Assembly: GCA_017478965.1 (NCBI GenBank)
Contig: JAFVCV010000038.1
Location: 23,977-87,976 of the forward strand
Direction: 5' to 3'
DNA from: Ruminococcus sp.
Lineage (GTDB): Bacteria; Bacillota; Clostridia; Oscillospirales; Ruminococcaceae
DNA length: 64,000 nt
Made by a program: the position numbers and the translations under genes. The notes under the pieces are model-generated. The model was not told the DNA's origin. It did not search any database and saw only the letters and a program-made list of their open reading frames with translations. Shown here piece after piece: positions 18,428-25,917 of this stretch. Every line of letters begins with the position of its first letter. Position 1 is the first letter of the stretch.

Positions 18428-18523
18428 ATCAGGTCACAGTCCGGGTCTTGGTCAAAGTGCAATAATGGCGGACGGGGGATTTGTGCAAAAGGGTAATTGT
18501 ATGTTCAGGGTGAGCGGAAATGA

Positions 18524-18553
18524 TTGACTTTGTGGAGGATATTGTGATATAAT
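18524..18553 (+). promoter_or_regulatory. Sigma-A type promoter of the dynamin/TerD/AIM24 operon
   Basis: TTGACT (18524-18529), an 18-nt spacer, then TGaTATAAT (extended -10, TATAAT at 18548-18553). This implies a 5' UTR of about 150 nt. Confidence 0.55.
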
Positions 18554-18705
18554 GAATTGATAATGGGTCACTATGCGTTTGCGTCAGAGTGACCGGCCGT
18601 ATGAGGAAACGGCAGGCCTTTGGAAGGCATATGAGTTATTGATAAAAAGTTTGAAGATGAGCTGCCCGGGGCGGGAAAATGGTCCTGGGAAAAGGAGGTT
18701 CGTTG

Positions 18706-20772
18706 ATGGAAAAACAGATCGATTACGGCAGCTATTCCGGATACAAGGAAACGGTCAGCGGCCTGACTGCGGACTTGCAGGAGCTTTTAAAGCTCAGCGA
18801 GGAGATAGCGCTGGTCAACACGGCGGAGTCCATAAGAGAGACGATAGAAAAGGCCAAGGACGAGCATTTTGAAGTCGCCATCGTGGGCGAGTTCAAAAGG
18901 GGCAAGAGCACCCTTATCAATGCGCTGTTAGGGCAGGAGATACTGCCGGCGGACGTGCTGCCTGCCACGGCTACCCTTAACAGAGTGACCTACAGCAAGG
19001 AGCCTTATGTTCAGGTGGAATATAAGAACGGGGACTCTGAGCGGGTGGATATCGACAGGCTGGAGGAGTATGTAACAAAGCTCACCAGCGAGAGCGAGCT
19101 GAAAGCGGAGACTGTCAAGGAGGCCACCGTTTATTACGACACTGAGTTCTGCCGCAACAATGTGGATATCATCGACACTCCTGGCCTGAACGATGACGAG
19201 CAGATGACCAACGTCACCCTTTCGATAATACCGAAGATAGACGCTGCGGTCTTCGTTATCAGTGCAAACTCGCCCTTTTCGCAGTTCGAGAAGGAGTTTC
19301 TGGAAAAGAAGATGCTGACCTCGGACGTGGGAAGGATAATCTTCGTAGTTAACTGTTTCGGGACCTTCTCACAGGAGGACGAGTCGAAGATAGTGGAGAC
19401 TGTCAGGACCAGGATAGGCCGCTACGTGATGGAGAAGGCCAAGAAGGTCATGGGGGAGGATTCGAGAGAATTCGCAGTCTATAAGAGAAAGATAGGCACT
19501 CCCAGGGTCATAGGCGTTTACGCCAAGAGGGCGCTGACCGCCAAGACCATCGGCAGCGAGGAGCTGCTGGAGCAGAGCAATTTCCCGGAGTTTGAAAGAG
19601 CACTGGAGACGCTGCTGACCAAGGAGAGGGGTGCGATCACTCTCCAGATACTGGCCAACAAGATAACCAACTCAGGCACTGAGGTGCTAAGGTCCATCGT
19701 TATGCAGGAGAATGCGCTGATGATGGCAAACGATGAGTTCATGGAAAAATACGACGCTGCCATCAAGGAGATCGATGAGATCAGGAATATGAAGAGGCAG
19801 GAGTTCGTAAAGATAAACAGCGCCGCCAATCAGGTATTTGACGACCTGAGGCCGGTGCTGGACAGCTACTGGTCGAATATCGAGGACGCTGCAATGCAGG
19901 TCATCGACAATTTCCAGATGTCCTCGGACGACTTCAAGAAGGACAGGCTCAAGCTGGTCAGCTCCAAGCTCACCGAGAAGATAAAGGAGAGCATGGAGGC
20001 CAGGGCGCAGATAATCTGCGAGCAGATACAGAACAGCATCAACCGTGCGGTCAGCGGCGAGGCTCAGAGACTGCAGGAATTCGAGGACGAGTTCTTTGAG
20101 GCTGTGGCAGCTATACAGAGAATGTTCACCGTCAGTGAGAGAGTGTCCAATAACGGCGGTATGCTGGATAAGGTCATAGGTGCGGCTACGGGTATGTACG
20201 GAGTCGGCGGCGTGTTCTTAGGTTTCCGGGAGAGCGGCGTGAAGGGTGCGCTCCTCGGGGGCGCTACAGGCCTGGCCGGGTTCTATGCCACCTTCTATGC
20301 AGCTACTTTCTTTGCGGGCTTTTTAGGCATCATGGGCGCACCGGTGGTGACGCTGTGTCTCATGGCCTTCGCCGGCATCGCAGGGACGTTCACCTCAAAC
20401 TTTGCCGTTGACAAGATACTGGTCAACGAGAGGATAGACAAGTATAAGTCCAACTTCAAGACCCACGTCAGGAAGCAGTTCCACGAGATGAAGCTCAACA
20501 ACGACTTTACCGAGACTGTAAGACGTCAGGTGTTCTCGTCCTTTGACAGCATCAAGAGCAAGATCGAGGAGGAGACTGAGATCATACTCAGAGACACTCA
20601 GGAGACTCTGGACAACCTTAACGACCTGAAGGCTGAGAAGTCCAGCGTTTCGCAGAAGGAGATGGAAAGACTGCACGTCATTGCGGAGACAGCCAGCAAT
20701 ATAGTTCAGGACGCTTATGCAGTAAGAAAGGCTCTGGCGGACGAGACGACCACTGAGGCAAAGAACGCCTGA
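18706..20772 (+). CDS. Bacterial dynamin-like GTPase 1 (DLP1) with a glycine-rich hydrophobic membrane-insertion segment
   Basis: It has the G1 motif VAIVGEFKRGKSTLINALLG, the G3 motif IIDTPGLND and long helical stalk regions. The hydrophobic segment is GGVFLGF...GLAGFYATFYAATFFAGFLGIMGAPVVTLCLMAFAGIAG. The ATG at 18706 follows AAAGGAGG (18691-18698). Confidence 0.85.
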   Translation: MEKQIDYGSYSGYKETVSGLTADLQELLKLSEEIALVNTAESIRETIEKAKDEHFEVAIVGEFKRGKSTLINALLGQEILPADVLPATATLNRVTYSKEPYVQVEYKNGDSERVDIDRLEEYVTKLTSESELKAETVKEATVYYDTEFCRNNVDIIDTPGLNDDEQMTNVTLSIIPKIDAAVFVISANSPFSQFEKEFLEKKMLTSDVGRIIFVVNCFGTFSQEDESKIVETVRTRIGRYVMEKAKKVMGEDSREFAVYKRKIGTPRVIGVYAKRALTAKTIGSEELLEQSNFPEFERALETLLTKERGAITLQILANKITNSGTEVLRSIVMQENALMMANDEFMEKYDAAIKEIDEIRNMKRQEFVKINSAANQVFDDLRPVLDSYWSNIEDAAMQVIDNFQMSSDDFKKDRLKLVSSKLTEKIKESMEARAQIICEQIQNSINRAVSGEAQRLQEFEDEFFEAVAAIQRMFTVSERVSNNGGMLDKVIGAATGMYGVGGVFLGFRESGVKGALLGGATGLAGFYATFYAATFFAGFLGIMGAPVVTLCLMAFAGIAGTFTSNFAVDKILVNERIDKYKSNFKTHVRKQFHEMKLNNDFTETVRRQVFSSFDSIKSKIEEETEIILRDTQETLDNLNDLKAEKSSVSQKEMERLHVIAETASNIVQDAYAVRKALADETTTEAKNA

Positions 20773-20823
20773 TCTTCGGGGCTTTGGAAAAGATCAGTGA
20801 CGGGAAATAAGGGAGGGCACTCG

Positions 20824-21801
20824 ATGAGTGATATAATAGAGAATGTCAATCCGCTGCTTCAGATCGATACGGGGTTTCGTTCATACCTTAACGCCTATAC
20901 CAGGTCCTACCAGAACCATATGGTGGACGGGAGCCTTGACTATGCTTTTGAATCGGACTTTGCGGTAAGGCAGAAGATAATGGGCCTTGGCGGCGCAGCA
21001 AAGCTGTTCAAGGCGGTGAACACAGCGGATGTTTCGGCGGAGGCAAAGCATCTGTTCATGAAGTGTGACCAGGTGGGGCCGCTGAAATATCCTGAGATAT
21101 ACGATATAGTGAAGAAGTGTGCCGAGAGGCTGGAGCTGATAGTACCCATAGTGTTCATCAGAGAGGACATGGACAGGCCCCTGGTATACTCCATAGCAAG
21201 CGAATTGATAGAACCCTGCATAGTGCTCACAAAGCAGCTCTGCGATATGTGCAAGGAGGACGAGCTGACGCTGCTTATTGGGTGTGAGTGCGGCAGGATA
21301 CAGAACAATCATTGTACTTACAACATGGCATATACATACATCAATACCAGCAGGAACGTGTTCAGGCCCATAGAAAGGTCCTTTACACAGCCTATAAACA
21401 GCCAGGTCATATCGGCCCTGGCGCAGTGGGTGAAATATGCGGACGTTACGGCGAGCCGGGCGGGCATGATATGCCTCGACAAGCCGGGACGGTATCTTGA
21501 TATAATGTGCGGACTTTACGCCAAGGGTTATACGGACTATTACGGCAGGCAGCAGGAGAATATCGACTTTGCTGAAATGACACGTTTGTCCGCAGAGATA
21601 CACTCAAGCACCTCACGCAGCATGAAGACCGACAGGGAGCTGACGGAGGTGGAAAGGTCGCTGCTTGCGGCTGGTGAGTTCCTTTACTGTCAGACGCTGT
21701 ATTCGTGGCGCAGGGACGTAGAGGACCTGGAGGGCCATGCCGAGAGCGGACAGATATGCGATGTGCGGACCAGTGTGATCGTCGGGAACGGAGGGCAGTA
21801 G
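20824..21801 (+). CDS. Hypothetical protein, M48/HtpX-like zincin fold with substituted metal ligands (probable pseudo-peptidase)
   Basis: The segment CIVLTKQLCDMCKEDELTLLIGCECGRIQNNH aligns by eye with the M48 consensus (..vLtsGLl..l..dEl.aVlaHElgHi.ngH), but HExxH is replaced by CECGR. The downstream KYADVTASRAG resembles the E..AD..a block without the Glu. The ATG at 20824 follows AAGGGAGGG. Confidence 0.45.
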   Translation: MSDIIENVNPLLQIDTGFRSYLNAYTRSYQNHMVDGSLDYAFESDFAVRQKIMGLGGAAKLFKAVNTADVSAEAKHLFMKCDQVGPLKYPEIYDIVKKCAERLELIVPIVFIREDMDRPLVYSIASELIEPCIVLTKQLCDMCKEDELTLLIGCECGRIQNNHCTYNMAYTYINTSRNVFRPIERSFTQPINSQVISALAQWVKYADVTASRAGMICLDKPGRYLDIMCGLYAKGYTDYYGRQQENIDFAEMTRLSAEIHSSTSRSMKTDRELTEVERSLLAAGEFLYCQTLYSWRRDVEDLEGHAESGQICDVRTSVIVGNGGQ

Positions 21802-21804
21802 GAT

Positions 21805-23571
21805 ATGAGCCATGAGAATATGATAACTGCCGATGAGAACATTCACGTTATCCGACAGAAATTGAACGATATAATAGACGATCCCAAGATAGCCAAGCTG
21901 CTCGGGGCGGACAGCGTAAGTCAGCTGAAGGAATATGACGGGCTGATAGCAAAGAAGTGCGAGGAACCTTTCACGCTCGTTATACTGGGCGAGTTCAAGA
22001 GAGGCAAGAGCACCATAATAAACGCCCTTTTAGGGAAAAATATCGAGCCTATCAACGTTACGCCGGAGACCTATACCATAAACGAGATAACCTTCGGGCA
22101 TATACAGAGCGTGGAGGCGATCCTGGAGAACGGGCAGAGGGTGCCTCTGGTGCTGGAGGATATCACCAGGGAGAACCTGGAGAAGCGCATGAAGCTTTTT
22201 CCCGCAAGGATAAGCAGCGTTCAGATAAAGGACAATGCGCCCATACTCAGGGACATAAGGATAGTAGATACGCCGGGGCTCTCGGACTTAGAGAGCTTGG
22301 ACAAGCAGGTGGAGGAGTATATAGTCAATGCGGACGCTATAATGTATGCGGCCTCATGTCTGCTGCCTTTTTCGGAGACTGAGCAGATATTCCTCGGCAG
22401 CCATGTGCAGCCACAGAGGTTCGGTATGCTGTATGTGCTGGTGAACATGATAGACGCACTGAATTCCATGGCGGACGTCAATAAGATCATGCGAAGGTTC
22501 AGGGGCATCGCTGAGAGGATAGTTCCGAATGCCATAGTTTACGGCATAAGCGGCGGCGATGAGCTAAGCAGAAAGCTCGGGAAGGACAGGCCTGCCGACA
22601 AGGGGACCAGGGAGTTCTATGAGACGCAGTTCCTACAGTTCGAGCTTTCGCTGAAAAGGGACATCATCATGCAGAAGGACGTCATAAGGAGCCAGAGGGT
22701 CTACACCATGCTCGATCAGATGCAGGCTGAGATAAGCTCCAAATTGCAGCTCCTGAGCGACATGACCGAGATGGACAAGCAGAAGCTGGAGCAGAAGGCT
22801 CTGGAGTTCGAGCAGCAGTGCGACGAGCTGGCGGCGGCACTGGAGAAGAAAAAGCCTGTGATACATCTTTCCATACTGGAGATGCAGCAGGAGGCCGAGA
22901 GCTGGATGTATGAGTTCTTCGCAAAGCTCAGGACCAGCATACTGGAATGCAGGGCAAAGGATGAAAACGGCGAGGACATCTATTCGCCGGAGGATATAGA
23001 GAAGTATTTCTATTCATTCCTGATGGAGAAGGTGGGCGAGGCCTACAGGCTCTGTATAGAAACTCACCGTGACAGGGTAGGGGAGCTGGTGGAAAAGACC
23101 GGCAGAGATCTGGCACAGACCCTTGGGATATCCGATATGGCAGAGGTCAGCAAGGCGCCGTCGGTGGACAGGATAATGATGTCAATGAACAAGAACGTCA
23201 CCAGGAGCGTCATGGGCGTAAAGCTCTTCGGCACAAGCGAGAATTTCCCGCCGGCGGCCATGAGCATTTTCAGCAGCATAATGAAAAAGAAAATGCAGAC
23301 CGATATCATTGATATCGCTCTGGAGAACTATGACGAGATAAGAATAAACATCGTCAAGGATATAAAGACCGTTTATCAGGACCTGGAGGTAAAGGCCATA
23401 TCCAGGCTTGACAGCCTTTATCAGTATCAGGTCGAGATGAGCAGAGACGCTATCGCCAAGGCCAAGGCCATGGCGGAGAGCGGCGACAACGCCGAACTCA
23501 ACGCCACCTTGCAGGAGGCTATAGAAAGGCTCAGAGAGCCTAAACGTATGCTGGCCGAGCAGGGATTGTGA
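21805..23571 (+). CDS. Bacterial dynamin-like GTPase 2 (DLP2), with no obvious transmembrane segment
   Basis: It has the G1 motif LVILGEFKRGKSTIINALLG, the G3 motif IVDTPGLSD and a long predicted coiled-coil/stalk C-terminal half. A GGAGGG RBS lies upstream. Confidence 0.85.
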   Translation: MSHENMITADENIHVIRQKLNDIIDDPKIAKLLGADSVSQLKEYDGLIAKKCEEPFTLVILGEFKRGKSTIINALLGKNIEPINVTPETYTINEITFGHIQSVEAILENGQRVPLVLEDITRENLEKRMKLFPARISSVQIKDNAPILRDIRIVDTPGLSDLESLDKQVEEYIVNADAIMYAASCLLPFSETEQIFLGSHVQPQRFGMLYVLVNMIDALNSMADVNKIMRRFRGIAERIVPNAIVYGISGGDELSRKLGKDRPADKGTREFYETQFLQFELSLKRDIIMQKDVIRSQRVYTMLDQMQAEISSKLQLLSDMTEMDKQKLEQKALEFEQQCDELAAALEKKKPVIHLSILEMQQEAESWMYEFFAKLRTSILECRAKDENGEDIYSPEDIEKYFYSFLMEKVGEAYRLCIETHRDRVGELVEKTGRDLAQTLGISDMAEVSKAPSVDRIMMSMNKNVTRSVMGVKLFGTSENFPPAAMSIFSSIMKKKMQTDIIDIALENYDEIRINIVKDIKTVYQDLEVKAISRLDSLYQYQVEMSRDAIAKAKAMAESGDNAELNATLQEAIERLREPKRMLAEQGL

Positions 23572-23592
23572 TATTCTGAAAGGTGGGAGGAT

Positions 23593-24903
23593 ATGGACGA
23601 GCTTTACGGGATACCTATGAACGTTACGCAGCCTATGGCTGCCGGGTCCATAATGAACGGTTCCGGCGCTCAGAGGACCATGGGCGCCATGGGGACAGAA
23701 CAGCTCATGGGAATGGCGGCGGCCCAGAGGACCCTCGGGGCGGTCAGCACACAGACCCTGATGACGGCGGCCGGTGCGGCTGCGGCGGCTTATTCCTCTC
23801 AGCAGAGCGATATGAGCGGCAGCTACAGCGCCAGCGGCGCAGGCTTTGGCCAGAACCCTTATGCCGCTCAGAACCAGTATCCCAGCCAGAACCAGTATCA
23901 GTATCCTGACCAGAACCGGTATCCAGGCAGTTACGGCGGGCAGGGCGTGATAGATATGCAGCCCATGGACCCTTTGCAGCAGGGCATGGGCGGGTATGTG
24001 CCGAACATCGTGCCGCCGAATATGTCAAATTCCGGCGGCCAGTACGGTCAGCCGAACTACGCAAATCAGCCGAACTACGCTAATCAGCCGAACTACGCTA
24101 ATCAGCCGAACTACGCTAATCAGCCGAGCTACGTTAATCAGCCGAACTACGGAGTGCAGCAGCCCCAGCAGGGGAATTTTTACAGCGCCGGCGGAAACCA
24201 GCAGCCGGTGCAGCAGAACAGGCCCACGGCGGTCCAGGGGGGCGGGTATTATTCCTCTCAGGCCATGCCGCAGGGTGTGGGAGGGGCGGCTCCTCAGAAA
24301 CAGCTGCCGCCTAAGCGCAAAAGGGCGCCCAGACAGGGCCAGACCATGGCCAAGGGTCAGAAGTATTCCATACAGAGCCTGGGCGGAAATCAGTGCAGGA
24401 AGCTGAAAATAGGCGTGGGCTGGGATATAAAGGACGCCAGGTGTGAGCTGGACGCATCAGCATTCATGCTCGGTGCAGACGGCAGGGTCCTGGGGGACGA
24501 ATGGTTCATTTTCTACGGACAGCCTGAAAGCCCGGAGAAAAGCGTCAGGTATCAGGTCTATGCGGAGGACGCCTCTGCGCCGGACGACGGTGCTATCGAG
24601 ATAGACCTTGACAGGATAGACCCGAGGGTGGAAAAGATAGTCATTGCGGTGACTATCTATGAGGCCTTTGAGCAGAAGCTGAATTTCGGCATGGCGGAAA
24701 ACGTCTATGCCAGGGTCATGGACGGCGCCGGGGGCAGAGAGCTTGCCAGGTTCACCTTAGCGGAGAACTATCCAAACGTGACGGCTATGGTGCTCGGAGA
24801 GCTTTACAGGTATAAAGGTGCATGGAAATTCAATGCGGTCGGCTCCGGCGTGTACAGGGACCTGGCGGGGTTCTGCGGAATGTACGGCGTTGCGCTGGAG
24901 TGA
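23593..24903 (+). CDS. TerD-domain protein with a long N-terminal Q/N/P/Y/G-rich low-complexity region
   Basis: The C-terminal ~190 aa (KIGVGWDIK...ELDASAFMLGADGRV...WFIFYGQ...EIDLDRI...KIVIAVTIYEA...FNAVGSG) match the TerD/CAPAB fold family. The N-terminal ~240 aa are low complexity and include the (QPNYAN)n repeats. Confidence 0.85.
   Translation: MDELYGIPMNVTQPMAAGSIMNGSGAQRTMGAMGTEQLMGMAAAQRTLGAVSTQTLMTAAGAAAAAYSSQQSDMSGSYSASGAGFGQNPYAAQNQYPSQNQYQYPDQNRYPGSYGGQGVIDMQPMDPLQQGMGGYVPNIVPPNMSNSGGQYGQPNYANQPNYANQPNYANQPNYANQPSYVNQPNYGVQQPQQGNFYSAGGNQQPVQQNRPTAVQGGGYYSSQAMPQGVGGAAPQKQLPPKRKRAPRQGQTMAKGQKYSIQSLGGNQCRKLKIGVGWDIKDARCELDASAFMLGADGRVLGDEWFIFYGQPESPEKSVRYQVYAEDASAPDDGAIEIDLDRIDPRVEKIVIAVTIYEAFEQKLNFGMAENVYARVMDGAGGRELARFTLAENYPNVTAMVLGELYRYKGAWKFNAVGSGVYRDLAGFCGMYGVALE
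24049..24156 (+). repeat. Six tandem copies of an 18-bp unit (CAGCCGAACTACGCWAAT) encoding QPNYAN repeats
   Basis: This was read directly. Units start at 24049, 24067, 24085, 24103, 24121 and 24139. The first four are near-identical; the last two are diverged. Confidence 0.95.
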
Positions 24904-24923
24904 CCGTTCATAGGGGAGATCAT

Positions 24924-25667
24924 ATGATAACTTTTGAAACTTGCAATGAGCTTTGTCTGAAAATAACCTGCCAGGGCGGCGGGGGACAGATATTCACAAA
25001 GGCCGGGGCCTTTATAGGCGGCGAGTGCAGGGGTCCGAAAAACTATACCTTCACCAAGGTGATGCTTGGCCCTCAGGGTAATTTCGGACAGGCACTTTTA
25101 GGTCAGATAGCACGCCGGTTCACGGGGGAGAACCTGCCGCTGATGAAGGTAGAATTCAACGGCGACAGTGTGACCTATTATGCAAACGACCAGCAGCACG
25201 TACTGGTCTACAAGCTCATGCCCAACGAGACTATCAGCGTGGAGAGCGAGAACATCTTAGCTTTCTCCAGCGAGTGCAAATACGGGGTAAGGTTTTTAGG
25301 GCAGGGCGTTATCTCGCAGAAGGGCCTTGCGACCTCTACACTGACGGGACAGGGCGACAATTCCTATGTGGCGGTGCTCATCGACGGCAACCCACTGGTG
25401 CTGAGCAACTACAGCAGCGGCTCTACCATCGAGGCGGACCCGGACGCTGTGGTCTGCTGGATAGGGGCTGACCCCACTCTCAGGACAGATATCTCCTGGC
25501 GCAACTTCATCGGGCAGAGCTCCGGTGAGTCGTATATGTTTGAATGGTCCGGCGGCGGTGCAGCTACTGTCATCATCCAGCCCATGGAAAGGGCCTCGGG
25601 CGTGGACGTTTCCATGGACGGCAGACGGTCCGGCAGCAGGCCTTCAGCCCAGCGGAGGATCTATTGA
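24924..25667 (+). CDS. AIM24-family (DUF124) protein
   Basis: The beta-rich sequence carries the family's recurring pattern (FTGENLPLMKVEFNGD, ISVESENILAFS, GQGDNSYVAVLIDG, IEADPDAVVCW, SSGESYMFEWSGGGAATVIIQP). The ATG at 24924 follows AGGGGAG. The longer upstream ORF overlaps the TerD gene and is unlikely. Confidence 0.72.
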   Translation: MITFETCNELCLKITCQGGGGQIFTKAGAFIGGECRGPKNYTFTKVMLGPQGNFGQALLGQIARRFTGENLPLMKVEFNGDSVTYYANDQQHVLVYKLMPNETISVESENILAFSSECKYGVRFLGQGVISQKGLATSTLTGQGDNSYVAVLIDGNPLVLSNYSSGSTIEADPDAVVCWIGADPTLRTDISWRNFIGQSSGESYMFEWSGGGAATVIIQPMERASGVDVSMDGRRSGSRPSAQRRIY

Positions 25668-25679
25668 TAACGATTACAG

Positions 25680-25706
25680 GACCGCAGTTTTTTCTGCGGT
25701 CTTTTT
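25680..25706 (+). terminator. Rho-independent terminator ending the five-gene operon
   Basis: GACCGCAG (25680-25687) pairs with CTGCGGTC (25694-25701) and is followed by TTTTT. Confidence 0.78.
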
Positions 25707-25835
25707 ACCTGGCCGGCCAGCGGTAGAGCGCACCGTGCTTTCAGGAAGGTCTGCTGGCGGCGGAGCTTTTACGGGTGTGCCGCTATATTTAACGCAGGCT
25801 GATTTGTAAACTTTTAAGCAATTGCACCGCTGTGC

Positions 25836-25864
25836 TTGAAAAATATATGAAATGGTAGTATAAT
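25836..25864 (+). promoter_or_regulatory. Sigma-A type promoter
   Basis: TTGAAA (25836-25841), a 17-nt spacer, then TATAAT (25859-25864). Confidence 0.45.
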
Positions 25865-25917
25865 GATTATTGACAGACCGGCCGGGAACGGCCGGATATC
25901 AGAGGGAGAGATATGAT

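Noticed and set aside
18573-18872. A 99-aa ORF, plus the upstream extension of the DLP1 ORF (start at 18679), in the DLP1 leader.
   Set aside because: There is no RBS and the composition is arginine/glycine-rich. The ATG at 18706 has a perfect AAAGGAGG at proper spacing and begins the conserved protein.
24049-24156. The tandem 18-bp repeat array as a possible CRISPR or other non-coding repeat.
   Set aside because: The units are directly adjacent with no spacers, only 18 bp long, in frame, and inside a CDS.
23996-24406. An alternative-frame ORF encoding SRTTLISRTTLISRTT repeats, plus the antisense ORF 23744-24064.
   Set aside because: These are frame artefacts of the 18-bp tandem repeat inside the TerD gene. 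The TerD frame has an RBS, continues into a conserved domain, and fits the operon spacing.
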